Assembly (NCBI GenBank): GCA_022826665.1
Contig: JAJDUK010000024.1
Coordinates: 78,068-142,067 of the forward strand
Direction of reading: 5' to 3'
From: Alphaproteobacteria bacterium
GTDB lineage: Bacteria > Pseudomonadota > Alphaproteobacteria > UBA828
DNA: 64,000 bases
Under the pieces are notes generated by a model that worked only from the letters and a program-made list of their open reading frames with translations, had not been told where the DNA came from and searched no databases. A program made the position numbers and the translations under genes. Numbering within the stretch: the first letter of the stretch is position 1; each line of letters opens with the position of its first letter. Positions 20,954 through 32,600 of the stretch are shown here, piece after piece.

Positions 20954-22501
20954 CTAGATCTTGTAGCCGAGCGAACGCGCGCCCTCTACGAAGTTGGCGT
21001 ACTGAGCCTTCTGACTGTCGATGCCCAGCTTCTGCACGATCTGGACCCATTCCTCGGCCGCCTCGTCGAGCGCCTGCTGGCTGGTGAGGTTGCCGGCGAT
21101 CGCCTTCTGGATGTTCCGGCCGAGCGCGTCGCCGTACTCGGACGCGCCTTCCCAGAAGAACTGAGGATAGCCGACCTCGACGTTCTTCAGGCCTGCGTCC
21201 AGATGGTTCCGCGAGGTGTCGAAGTTCTGGAAGATGCCCGAGTTCGTGGCCCACAGCTCGTTGGTCCCACGCTGCGGGTTGGGCTCCAGGTACTTCTGGG
21301 CCGCGGCGTCGGTGTAGTGGCTGACGCCGAACGGATCGGAACCGCAATACTCATCCGCCACGATGTCGTCCGAATAATCCGGGTGCGACATCCGGTAGAG
21401 GAAGTAGAACGCAGCTTCCTTCACGTCCTCCGGCGCATTCTTCGGAATGGCGCCGGTGCGGCACCAGAGCGAAATCGCCCGGTGGTTGATCGAGCCATCC
21501 TCTTGCGGCCAGCCGGGAACGATATCGCCGCGCTGATCTTCGGCGCGCTCCATGCCCTGCTGCTGCACCGTGAACTCGGCGAGGTCGATCCACCAGACCG
21601 ACATCACGTCGCCGCCCGACTGCCAGCGCTGGATGCTGGTGGAGAGACCCAGGGACTCCTTCCCGGGCGGGCCGAACTGGACGATCTCCTTGAACAGATC
21701 CAACGCTTCGACGGCCTGCGCCGTGTTGATCGTCGGGTTCATGTTCTCGTCGAAGTAGTTGACTCCGTTGCCGGCGGCCACGTCCATCCAGAAACCCCAA
21801 CCGAAGTTCGGCGGGTTGATGACCATCGACGAGCCGTAGACGCCCTCGGACTCGCTGAGCTCCTCGGTGAAGAACTGTGTCGCGTCGAGGAACTCGAACC
21901 AGGTCTTCGGCACGGCGAGATCACGCTGGAAGCGCTTGGAGAACTTCTTCTGAAGCTCCGGCCGCTCGAAGAAGGACTTGCGGTAGTGGAGAATATGGAT
22001 GTCGCCATCCAGCATGATGCCGTAGGTCTGGCCGGCCCACTTCGTATAGAACTCGCGGTAGGCGGGCATGACCCAGTCCAGATACTCCGACGTGCCCTCG
22101 TACTTCTCGAGGTACTGGTCGAGCGGCTCGAGTTGGCCGGTCTCCGCGAACGCGCCGAAGAACAGGCTCGGGAACTGAACCCAGTCGAAGCGCGGATTGC
22201 GGGAGAGAAGCTGCGGCAGAATCTTCGCGACCGAGTCGCCGCCGTCGTACTGCTCCCGGCTCTTGATGCCGACACCGGCCTCCGCCATCAGATGGTCGGA
22301 GAGCCACAGCGGCGCGTGCAGCCAGTTGGAATCCTGGAAGTAGGTCAGCTCGATGTCGTTGAAGAGCTTCTTGCCCGGTGGCACCGCCTGGGCCGCACGG
22401 CCGAGCCGTGGTGCCGCGACGCCCGAGGCGCCGAGGGCCGCTGCACCGGCCGCCGCGCCCTTGAGGAACTTGCGCCGCGTAATGTGACTAAACATTCCCA
22501 T
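20954..22501 (-). CDS. ABC transporter periplasmic sugar-binding protein (SBP family 1) with Tat signal
   Basis: Twin-arginine leader MGMFSHITRRKFLKGAAAGAAALGASG and a large family-1 extracellular solute-binding body. Start taken at the internal Met. Confidence 0.8.
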   Translation of the reverse strand: MGMFSHITRRKFLKGAAAGAAALGASGVAAPRLGRAAQAVPPGKKLFNDIELTYFQDSNWLHAPLWLSDHLMAEAGVGIKSREQYDGGDSVAKILPQLLSRNPRFDWVQFPSLFFGAFAETGQLEPLDQYLEKYEGTSEYLDWVMPAYREFYTKWAGQTYGIMLDGDIHILHYRKSFFERPELQKKFSKRFQRDLAVPKTWFEFLDATQFFTEELSESEGVYGSSMVINPPNFGWGFWMDVAAGNGVNYFDENMNPTINTAQAVEALDLFKEIVQFGPPGKESLGLSTSIQRWQSGGDVMSVWWIDLAEFTVQQQGMERAEDQRGDIVPGWPQEDGSINHRAISLWCRTGAIPKNAPEDVKEAAFYFLYRMSHPDYSDDIVADEYCGSDPFGVSHYTDAAAQKYLEPNPQRGTNELWATNSGIFQNFDTSRNHLDAGLKNVEVGYPQFFWEGASEYGDALGRNIQKAIAGNLTSQQALDEAAEEWVQIVQKLGIDSQKAQYANFVEGARSLGYKI

Positions 22502-22564
22502 TTCGTGTCTCCTCGTTGCGTTCAACCCACAAACATTGCCGCTCGGCATTCCGCCCGGTCGCGC

Positions 22565-23665
22565 TCAGGCGATGAGAGCTTCCGACTCCGCGTCGAACAC
22601 CATGATGTCCTCGGGACGGTAGTGGAGCGTGATCGGCTCGTCAGCGGCCCACGAGCCTTCGGCCGACGCCAGGGCCTGGAAACTGAGCCCGCCCCGGCGC
22701 AGGGTGAGGATGGAACGCTCCCCCAGATATTCATGGATGTCGATCGTGGCGTCGAAACTGATCGTGCCCGCTCGTGGCGTGCATAACAGGTTTTGCGGAC
22801 GGATGCCAACGACATAGCGCCGGTCGTCGCGAGAGCGCAGACGGGCTGCGGTTTCGGCCGTCGGACGCAGCGCGAGATCGTCCGCGCGCAGCGTTTCCTC
22901 GCCTCCTTCCTCGACGAATCGGGCGTCGAAGAAGTTGGTTGGCGGCTCGCCGATGAAGTCGGCGACGAACCGGGTCGCCGGAGTGTCGTAGAGCTCGTCG
23001 CGCGTGCCGCTCTGCACCAAGCGGCCCTGGTGCAGCACCGCAATTCGGTCGGAGAGCGCGATCGCCTCCATCTGGTCGTGGGTGACGAAGATCATCGTGC
23101 TGTCGAGCGATTGGTGCAGGCGCTTGAGATCGAACAGCATTTGGAAGCGCAGATGCCCGTCCACGTGGCCCAACACCTCGTCCAGGATGAAGGCGGCAGG
23201 CTCGCGGATCAGCGCCCGCGCCAGCGAGACCCGCTGCTTCTGTCCGCCGGAGAGCGTGTTGGGGTGCTGGTGCAGGATGTTTCCGATCTGGAGCAGCTCG
23301 GCCAGCTCGTGGACGCGGCGGCGGCGCTCCTGCTTCGGAATCCCCCGCGCCTCCAGCGGGAAGCCGATGTTCTCTTCGGCGCTGAAGTTGGGATAGAGCG
23401 CGTAGTTCTCGAACGCCATCGCGACGTTCCGCTCCTGCGGGTCGAGGTCGTTGACCATGTCGCCGTCGAACAGAATCTGGCCCGAGGTGGCCTGCTCCAG
23501 CCCTACGATCATGCGCAGCGTGGTGGACTTGCCGCAGCCCGAAGGCCCGACGATGGAGACGAACTCGCCGTCCTCCACCACGAGGTCGAGGTCGCGCACC
23601 GCGTGCACCTGCTGCCCGCGGCCCTCGTAGACCTTGTTGACCTCACTCAGCCTGACTTCCGCCAT
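22565..23665 (-). CDS. ABC transporter ATP-binding protein (MalK/UgpC-like), second ATPase of the operon
   Basis: MAEVRLSEVNKVYEG, Walker A GPSGCGKST, signature LSGGQKQR and a C-terminal TOBE-like domain. The track ORF is spuriously extended to 24745. Confidence 0.85.
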   Translation of the reverse strand: MAEVRLSEVNKVYEGRGQQVHAVRDLDLVVEDGEFVSIVGPSGCGKSTTLRMIVGLEQATSGQILFDGDMVNDLDPQERNVAMAFENYALYPNFSAEENIGFPLEARGIPKQERRRRVHELAELLQIGNILHQHPNTLSGGQKQRVSLARALIREPAAFILDEVLGHVDGHLRFQMLFDLKRLHQSLDSTMIFVTHDQMEAIALSDRIAVLHQGRLVQSGTRDELYDTPATRFVADFIGEPPTNFFDARFVEEGGEETLRADDLALRPTAETAARLRSRDDRRYVVGIRPQNLLCTPRAGTISFDATIDIHEYLGERSILTLRRGGLSFQALASAEGSWAADEPITLHYRPEDIMVFDAESEALIA

Positions 23666-23670
23666 CGCCG

Positions 23671-24780
<1,110 letters not shown>

Positions 24781-24781
24781 C

Positions 24782-25621
24782 TCAACCCTTCACCACGCCG
24801 AGCGAGAGGCCGCGCACCATGTAGCGGCGCAGGATGATGAACAGCACCACCGGCGGGATCATGGCGACCAGGCTGAAGGCCATCACAAGATTCCACAGCG
24901 TCTGGCTGCCGCTGGTGAAGCTCGGGATCACCACCGGGAAGGTCTTCACGTCCGTGCCGATGAACATGTTGGCGAACAGGTACTCGTTCCACGAGAAGAT
25001 CCAGCACAGCATGGCGACCGCGACCATGCCGGGCCCGACCAGCGGCAGCGTGATGGTGAAAAACACCTTGAACGGCTTGTGGCCATCCACGTAGGCCGCC
25101 TCTTCCAGCTCGCGCGGCACGTCCCGGAAGAAGACCATCATCAGCCACACCGCGAGCGGCATGTTGAAGACCAGGTAGAGGATGATCAGCGCCATGTGCG
25201 TGTCGGTGGTGCCGAACAGCTCCTCGAACAGGAAGAACATCGGCAGCAGGACCGCCACGGGCGGAAACATCCGGTTGGACAGGATCCACATCGCCACGTT
25301 CTCGCCGCCCGACTGGCGCGGGAAGCGCGCCAGCGCGTAGCCCGCCAGCGTGCCGAAGAAGAGCGAGAGAATGGTGTTGCACGTCGCGATGATGAAGCTG
25401 TCGACCAGCGACTTGAAGTTGCCCGGCTCGTTCCAGATCGCGGAATAGTTCTCCAGCACGAACACTTCCGGCCAGAAGGTGGGCTCGATCCGGTTCACCT
25501 CCGCCACGTCCTTCAGCGAGGTGATGATCTGGAAGTAGAAGGGGAACATGATCAGCACCAGCCAGACGCCGAGGAAGATCAGCAACAGCAGCCGGACCAG
25601 CTTGTAATGCTTGACGCTCAT
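24782..25621 (-). CDS. ABC transporter permease (MalG-like, carbohydrate uptake)
   Basis: 279 aa, six TM helices, EAA loop region EEAAYVDGH. Confidence 0.82.
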   Translation of the reverse strand: MSVKHYKLVRLLLLIFLGVWLVLIMFPFYFQIITSLKDVAEVNRIEPTFWPEVFVLENYSAIWNEPGNFKSLVDSFIIATCNTILSLFFGTLAGYALARFPRQSGGENVAMWILSNRMFPPVAVLLPMFFLFEELFGTTDTHMALIILYLVFNMPLAVWLMMVFFRDVPRELEEAAYVDGHKPFKVFFTITLPLVGPGMVAVAMLCWIFSWNEYLFANMFIGTDVKTFPVVIPSFTSGSQTLWNLVMAFSLVAMIPPVVLFIILRRYMVRGLSLGVVKG

Positions 25622-25633
25622 GTCGGCCGGCCT

Positions 25634-26665
25634 TCAGGCGATCGCCTGCGCGCGCAGCACGCGCTTGAGATAGCGCAGGAAGAGCGTGATCAGGATGATC
25701 GCAAAGAGGAAGATGATCCAGGCGTAGGCTGCCGCCTCGCCGATCTCGAACTCGCGCACGCCCCGCTGATAGGCGATATAGGCCGGCAATTCCGAGGACT
25801 GCGCCGGCCCGCCCGAGGTCATGACGTAGACCTTGTCCACGAATTTGTACGCATCCATGAAGCGGATGATGAAGGCGATGGCGATGACCTCCTTCAGCAT
25901 CGGCAGCGTGATCCGCCGCAGCGTGAGGAAGGGCGAGGCACCGTCCACCCGCGCCGCCTCGTAGATCGAGGGCGGCAGCCCCAATCGCCCGCTGAAGACG
26001 ATCAGGAACGGCAGCGAGGTCCATTCCCATATATCGGCGATGGTGATGGTCCAGAGCGAGACGCCGATCTGGAACCACTCGATATGCGCCTGGATCAGGC
26101 CGATATCGAGCAGCGCCTGGTTGATCGCGCCGTTCGACGGGTTGAACAGGAAGCGCCACAGCACGCCCACGATGGAGGGCGGCAGCATCATGGGCATCAC
26201 GAGGATGACCAGGATCACCAGCCGGGCCGCGTTGTTGCGCACGCAGTGGTGCAGGATCAGCGCGAGCGCGGTGCCGATCACCACCTGCAGCACGGCGCCG
26301 AAGAACAGGTACTGGATCAGGTGGATCACCGAGCCGTGGAAGCGGTCCGAGGTCAGCACCCGCTCGAAGTTGGTGAAGCCGATCAGCCCGTAGTCGCCCT
26401 TGAACAGGCTCACCATGTTGATGTCGTGGAAGGCGTAATAGGCCATTTGCACGGTAGGGTAGGCGACGATGAAGAGCAGCACCGCGATGGGCACGCCGAC
26501 CATCACCCGCGGCACCCAGCGGTTCACGATCAGCGAGCGCGTGCTACCGCGCTTCTTCTTGAACCATTCGGGAAGCTCGTCGTCCTGCCAGTGGCGGATC
26601 GTCGCGGCCGACACCGTGTAATCGGTGCCGCCCCGCGTCGGCCCCTCGCCCGTGCTCACGGCCAC
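25634..26665 (-). CDS. ABC transporter permease (MalF-like, carbohydrate uptake)
   Basis: 343 aa, multiple TM helices, EAARVDGASPF EAA motif. Confidence 0.8.
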   Translation of the reverse strand: MAVSTGEGPTRGGTDYTVSAATIRHWQDDELPEWFKKKRGSTRSLIVNRWVPRVMVGVPIAVLLFIVAYPTVQMAYYAFHDINMVSLFKGDYGLIGFTNFERVLTSDRFHGSVIHLIQYLFFGAVLQVVIGTALALILHHCVRNNAARLVILVILVMPMMLPPSIVGVLWRFLFNPSNGAINQALLDIGLIQAHIEWFQIGVSLWTITIADIWEWTSLPFLIVFSGRLGLPPSIYEAARVDGASPFLTLRRITLPMLKEVIAIAFIIRFMDAYKFVDKVYVMTSGGPAQSSELPAYIAYQRGVREFEIGEAAAYAWIIFLFAIILITLFLRYLKRVLRAQAIA

Positions 26666-26992
26666 GCGTCAGTACCCGGTCGGGATGCCCGCGAAGACGA
26701 GTGGGCTGGGGCCGGTGGCGTCCTGCGCGCAAGGCCGTGGGCGCGTGCCCGATGACGCGACCGTCGCCGGCCGATTCCGGTCAGTCACAGTCTCTCCCTC
26801 GTCCGCAGCCGGCCGGCCGCGTCGCTCATCTCGCTGCCAGTACTTGACCCGCTCATCCGGGGGAGTCAAGCGAGGCCCGCGCCGGTGCCTTGAGCCCTTC
26901 GGGCGGGCAGCGAATTGCCGCCTGTAACACGCAATCCTGTCTGCTGATATCGGCGAATCGGTCGGTTCTGATTTCTCACCAATGTCCCCAGG

Positions 26993-27018
26993 CTGCGTCG
27001 CGTCTGGGCGCGACGCAG
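26993..27018. other. Perfect 10-bp GC-rich hairpin in the divergent intergenic region
   Basis: CTGCGTCGCG-tctggg-CGCGACGCAG is directly visible. No T-run follows, so it is not a canonical terminator. Confidence 0.4.
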
Positions 27019-27174
27019 GCCGTGACCGCAGCGAGGCACGCGGGCTGTCGCGCCGGCAGGCGCGCGGAATCTCAGGACGGCAGGCAGCCGTGAGCGATGA
27101 ATTGCTAGAGCGTTTTCGTGTGAAACGGAAACGCTTTAGAGTGCGCGGCCAATTTTCCAACGCGGGAGCCGGTT

Positions 27175-28152
27175 GTGGATCTACCCCTCGAACCGAGACT
27201 GAGCATCGGCTACCAGAATGTGCTGGCGCCGACGGGATACGACGATGCCGAGGGTGCGGCGGCCGGCCGCGACCTGCCCGAGACCGTGCGTCTGCTCGAT
27301 GCACTCGGTTTCGATTCGATCTGGTCAGGCGATCACGTGGCCTTCGCGGGCCCGATCCTCGATCCGCTGGTGCAGCTCGCCCAAGCCGCTGCAATCAGCG
27401 ACCGGCTTACCGTCGGCACGGCGGTCTATCTGCTGCCGCTCCGCCATCCCGCGCCCGTTGCGAAGCAGGTCGCGAGCCTCGACACCATCTCGAACGGCCG
27501 CGTGATCTTCGGCGTCGGTGTCGGCGGCGAGTTCCCCGTCGAGTTCGAGCTGTGCGGGGTGCCGGTGGAAGAACGAGGCGCCCGGCTCAGCGAGGGGATT
27601 CGCGTGCTGCGCAAGCTCTGGTCCGGCGGCCCGGTCGCCCACGACGGGCGCTTCTACCCCTTCCCCGAAGTCGCGATCGACCCGCCACCGGCACGACCGG
27701 GCGGCCCGCCGATCTGGTGCGGCGGCCGCTCCGATCCCGCGCTGCGCCGCGCCGGCCGGCTCGCGGACGGCTGGATGTCCTACGTCGTCGACCCCAAGCG
27801 CTACCGCCGCTCGCTCGAGACCATCGCCGCCGCCGCAACCGAATCAGGCCGCACCCTGGAACGCTTCGGCACGTCGCACCTGCTGTTCGTCCGGCTCGAC
27901 AAGGACCGCGAAAGCGCCCTCGAATTCGCGGCCAAGTTCCTGAGCGTCCGCTACGCCATGGATTTCTCCAAAGCGGCGGAGCGCTACTGCGCGCTCGGGG
28001 GAGCGGCGGACGTCGCGGAGGCGATCCGAGCCTTCCATGCGGCCGGCGTGCGTCATCTCGTGGTGAACACGCTCGCACCGGAAAGCGAGAAGGCGGCCCA
28101 CCTGCAACGCTTCGCGGACGAGGTCATGCCCTTGCTCGCGGACCTGCGTTAG
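27175..28152 (+). CDS. LLM-class (luciferase-like) flavin-dependent oxidoreductase
   Basis: 325 aa. SIWSGDHV ... LTVGTAVYLLPLRHP ... RVIFGVGVGG ... typical bacterial luciferase-like monooxygenase family. The cofactor (FMN vs F420) cannot be determined. Confidence 0.8.
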   Translation: MDLPLEPRLSIGYQNVLAPTGYDDAEGAAAGRDLPETVRLLDALGFDSIWSGDHVAFAGPILDPLVQLAQAAAISDRLTVGTAVYLLPLRHPAPVAKQVASLDTISNGRVIFGVGVGGEFPVEFELCGVPVEERGARLSEGIRVLRKLWSGGPVAHDGRFYPFPEVAIDPPPARPGGPPIWCGGRSDPALRRAGRLADGWMSYVVDPKRYRRSLETIAAAATESGRTLERFGTSHLLFVRLDKDRESALEFAAKFLSVRYAMDFSKAAERYCALGGAADVAEAIRAFHAAGVRHLVVNTLAPESEKAAHLQRFADEVMPLLADLR

Positions 28153-28166
28153 ACCGGGACCACGCC

Positions 28167-29363
28167 ATGACCGTCCCCTTTCGCCTCCACGTAAACCCGC
28201 GCTACGCGCCCGCGCCAGGGAGCGTCGACGATATCGATCCGGTGATCGTTCCGGAGCGCCGCGCCGCAGCACGCACCGCGATCACGGGCTTCGAGGGCTA
28301 CCAGCCCACCCCGCTGCATCGCTTGGACGGCCTCGCCGGCACGCTCGGCATCGAAACGCTCTGGCTCAAGGACGAGAGCGGGCGCCTCGGCCTGGGCAGC
28401 TTCAAGGCGCTGGGCGGCGCCTATGCCGCGGTGCACCTATTGCGCGAGCGGCTGGGAGGCGACGTCTCCATCGCGGATGTCGCCGCAGGCCGCGCCTCGG
28501 TGCGCGTGGGCGACATGACGGTGTGCTGCGCCACCGACGGCAACCACGGACTCGCGGTAGCCTGGGGCGCGCGCCGCGCCGGCGCCAAGTGCACTGTGTT
28601 TCTGCCTGGACCGGTGAGCGAGGGTCGCGAGCGTGCCATCGCCGGCCAAGGCGCCGACATCGTGCGCATCGCCGGCAGCTACGACGAGGCGGTGGAGGCC
28701 TGCGCCGAAGACGCCCGCGCCAGGGGCTGGCTGCTGGTCTCCGATACCTCCCACGCCGGCGGCGACGAGGCACCAAGCCGGGTCATGCACGGCTACGCCA
28801 TGCTGGTGGACGAGACCAGGGATGCGCTGAGCGGCGCGGTGCCGACCCATCTCTTCGTCCAGGCCGGTGTCGGCGGGCTCGCCGCCGCCGTGATCGGTGC
28901 CTTCCGCCAGGACCTCAAATCCGACAGTCCGAAGGGCGTGGTGGTCGAGCCGATGACCGCCGATTGCCTCTACCAGAGCGCCGTCAACGGCAAGCCGAGC
29001 CCCGCCTCGGGCGATCTGGACACGGTGATGGCCTGCCTCGCCGCCGCCGAGGTCTCGCCCTTGGCCTGGCAGGTGCTCGCGCGAGGCGCCTTCGCCTTCA
29101 CGGCGCTTGACGATGACGGCGCCACCGACGCCATGCGCTTCGCTGCTGCGCCCATCGGCGGCGATCCGCCGCTCGTGCTCGGCGAATCCGGTGCCGCCTC
29201 GCTTGGCGGGCTGATGGCCGTGGCCGGCGATGCGGAGGCACGAGAGGCGCTCGGGCTGAGCGAAGCCTCCCGGGTCCTCGTCATCGGCAGCGAGGGCGCG
29301 ACCGACCCCGACATCTACCGCCGGATTGTCGGCCGCGACCCGGCCGCCGTCATGGCGGGCTGA
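28167..29363 (+). CDS. Diaminopropionate ammonia-lyase family PLP enzyme
   Basis: YQPTPLHRLDGLAGTLGIETLWLKDESGRLGLGSFKALGGAYA (PLP lysine in SFKALG). Start at the ATG (28167) 14 nt after the LLM stop. The track ORF is spuriously extended upstream to 26982. Confidence 0.82.
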   Translation: MTVPFRLHVNPRYAPAPGSVDDIDPVIVPERRAAARTAITGFEGYQPTPLHRLDGLAGTLGIETLWLKDESGRLGLGSFKALGGAYAAVHLLRERLGGDVSIADVAAGRASVRVGDMTVCCATDGNHGLAVAWGARRAGAKCTVFLPGPVSEGRERAIAGQGADIVRIAGSYDEAVEACAEDARARGWLLVSDTSHAGGDEAPSRVMHGYAMLVDETRDALSGAVPTHLFVQAGVGGLAAAVIGAFRQDLKSDSPKGVVVEPMTADCLYQSAVNGKPSPASGDLDTVMACLAAAEVSPLAWQVLARGAFAFTALDDDGATDAMRFAAAPIGGDPPLVLGESGAASLGGLMAVAGDAEAREALGLSEASRVLVIGSEGATDPDIYRRIVGRDPAAVMAG

Positions 29364-29394
29364 GCGCGCCCGCGGCGCCGAGGCCACGCCCGCC

Positions 29395-29682
29395 ATGACC
29401 GAAGGCCTCGACATCGAAACCAGGCGCAGGCGGCTCCGTTATCGGTCGGCGCGCACCGGCACCAAGGAGACCGACCTTCTGGTCGGCGATATCATCGCCC
29501 GGCTCGGCCCCCAGCTCCCGCCCGATGAAGTGGCGCAAGCGGAACGCCTGCTGACCGCGAACGACGTGGACATCACCAACTGGATCAGCGGGCGGACGCC
29601 GGTGCCTGCCGAACACGACACGCCGTTCATGGCGCGGCTCAGGCGCGAGGCCATGAGCCGCCGCCGCGATCGCCGCCGCTGA
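29395..29682 (+). CDS. sdhE: Succinate dehydrogenase assembly factor 2 (SdhE/DUF339 flavinylation factor)
   Basis: RRRRLRYRSARTGTKETDLLVGDI matches the SdhE RGxxE-type motif region. About 95 aa, immediately upstream of mfd as is conserved in alphaproteobacteria. Confidence 0.75.
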   Translation: MTEGLDIETRRRRLRYRSARTGTKETDLLVGDIIARLGPQLPPDEVAQAERLLTANDVDITNWISGRTPVPAEHDTPFMARLRREAMSRRRDRRR

Positions 29683-29684
29683 CC

Positions 29685-32600
29685 GTGCTCGTCCCCGACC
29701 GCTGCCTGCAGGCGCTCGCCACGCCGGGCGAGACCTCCCTCGGCGGGGTTCCCGAAGGCTTCGCCGCGGCGGTCCTGCTCGGCTTGGCAGAGACGCAGGC
29801 CGCGCCCGTCCTCTACATCGCCCGCGACGATGCCAGGCTCGCGCGCCTCTCCGCGATGCTCGCCTTCTTCGATCCCGACTGTGCCCCGGTCACCATCCCC
29901 GCCTGGGACTGCCTGCCCTACGACCGGGTTTCGCCGCGTGCCGATATCGCGAGCCGGCGGCTCGCCGGCCTCGTCCGCCTCCTCGGCAACGGCGCGGCCC
30001 GGCCCCAGGTGGTGCTCACCACGGTCAACGCGGCGGTCCAGCGGGTGCCGCCCCGCACGATGCTCGCCGACGCCACCCTTCCGCTCGACGCCGGTGCGTC
30101 GCTCGATATCGAGACGCTACTTGGCTACCTGGAGCGCAACGGCTTCGTGCGCACCGGCACGGTGATGGAGGCCGGTGACTACGCGGTACGCGGCGGCATC
30201 GTGGATATCTTCCCCCCCAACGTCGAGCGCCCGGTGCGGCTCGACTTCTTTGGCGATGTCATCGAGACCATGCACTGGTTCGATCCGCTGTCTCAGCGCC
30301 GCGCGGAGGCTGCCGGCGCGTTGCACCTCGCGCCGGTCAGCGAAGTGCTGCTCAACCCCCAGTCGATCGCGCGCTTTCGCGGCGCCTATCGCCGGCAGTT
30401 CGGCGCCGTGTCCGGCGACGATCCGCTTTACGAAGCGGTCTCCGCCGGTAGGCGTTACCCCGGCATCGAGCACTGGTTGCCGATGTTCCACGATGGGCTG
30501 GAAACGCTCTTCGATTACGTCTCCGAGGGCCCGGTGCTCCTCGATCACCGTGCGGCGGAAGTGCGCGACGACCGCTTCGAGACCATCGCCGACTTCTACG
30601 GTGCGCGCGCGAACCCGCCCACCTCGTCGGTCGCGGACACGCCCTATCACCCGGTCCCACCCGAGGCGCTCTTTCTCGATGCCGACGAATGGGAACGGCG
30701 CCTCGCCGGCCGACCGGTCGTGCAATGCTCACCCTTCGTCGAAGCCGAAGGCGGCGCGGACGCCGGCGCCCGCGACGGGCGCGATTTCGTCGCCGAGCGC
30801 GCGCAGCGGCATGGGGCGCTGTTCGAGACGGTCGGGGAGCACATCGACAATCTGCAGGAGAGCGGCCTCAGGGTCCTGATCGCGGGCGGCGGCGCCGGCA
30901 GCCGCGACCGCATGGTCCGCCTGCTGCGGGAGCACGGCGTGCACGCGATCGAGCCGGTCGCGGACTGGCAGGCGGCCTGCGCGCTGCCGCCCGAGATGGC
31001 GGCGGCGGCCGTGCTACCGCTGGAGCAGGGCTTCGTTTCGCCCCGCCTCGCCGCAATTGCCGAGCAGGACATCCTCGGTGCGCGCGCGAGCCGACCGGAG
31101 CGTCGCCGCCGCAAGCCCGCCGACGAGTTCCTGGTCGATGTGGCAGCGCTCGCCGACGGCGATCTGGTCGTGCACGTCGACCACGGCATCGGCCGCTACG
31201 ACGGCCTGGTCACCCTGGAGGTCGATCACGCGCCCCACGACTGCCTGCGCATCCTCTACGAGGGCGACGACCGGCTGTTCCTGCCCGTCGAGAACATCGA
31301 GCTGTTGTCGCGCTACGGCTCGGCCGATCGCCCGGTCGCGCTGGACCGGCTGGGCGGGGCCGGCTGGCAGGCGCGCAAGGCGAAGCTCAAGCAACGCATC
31401 CGCGACATGGCGAACCAACTCATCGGCCTCGCAGCCGAACGCGCGACCCGGCCCGCGCCGCAGCTGACGGCACCGGGCGCCCTGTACGACGCCTTCTGCG
31501 CGGGCTTCCCCTACGTCGAGACCGACGATCAGGCGCGCGCCATCGACGAAGCCATCGGCGATCTCGACGCCGGACGGGCGATGGACCGCCTGATCTGCGG
31601 CGATGTCGGCTTCGGCAAGACCGAGGTTGCGCTGCGCGCCGCCTTCCACGCGGTTCAGGTAGGCAAGCAGGTCGCGGTGCTGACGCCGACCACCCTGCTC
31701 GCCCGGCAGCACATGCAGACCTTCAGCGAGCGCTTCGCCCGCCTGCCGGTGGAGATCGCCCAACTCTCGCGCCTGGTGCCCGCCAAGGAGCAGGCCGAGA
31801 CCAGGCTCGGCATCGCCGCCGGCACCGTCGACATCGTCATCGGCACTCATGCGCTGCTCGGCAAGCAGATCGCCTTCAACGATCTCGGTCTCGTCGTCGT
31901 GGACGAGGAGCAGCACTTCGGCGTCGCCCACAAGGAACGCCTGAAGCAGCTCAAGGCCGAGGCCCACGTGCTCACGCTCACCGCGACGCCAATTCCGCGC
32001 ACCTTGCAGATGGCGCTGAGCGGCGTGCGCGACATGAGCGTGATCGCGACCCCGCCGGTGGATCGCCTCGCGGTGCGCACCTTCATCCTGCCCTTCGACC
32101 CGGTGGTCGTGCGCGAGGCGCTGATGCGCGAGCACCTGCGTGGCGGCCAGACCTTCTACGTGTGTCCGCGCATCGCCGATCTCGACGAGGTGGCCGAGCG
32201 CGTGCGCCGCCTGGTGCCCGAGGTGAAGGTCGCCGTCGCCCACGGCCGGCTCGCCGCGCGCTCCCTCGATAGCATCATGGGCGACTTCTACGACGGCAAG
32301 TTCGACGTGCTGGTCTCCACAGCGATCATCGAATCGGGTCTCGACCTGCAGCGAGTCAACACCATGATCGTCCATCGCGCGGACCGCTTCGGCCTCGCCC
32401 AGCTCTATCAACTGCGAGGGCGGATCGGCCGGGCGAAGCTGCGCGGCTACGCGTATCTGACGCTGCCACCCGGCCACCGGCTCACCGATGACGCGCACAA
32501 GCGCCTCCAGGTCATCCACCGGCTCGACGGCCTCGGCGCCGGCTTCAGCCTGGCGAGCCACGACCTCGACATCAGAGGCGCAGGAAACCTGCTGGGTGCC

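Noticed and set aside
26982-28166. N-terminal 395 codons of track ORF 26982..29363
   Set aside because: This part overlaps the LLM oxidoreductase in another frame and is Arg-rich nonsense. The real DpaL-like gene starts at the ATG at 28167.
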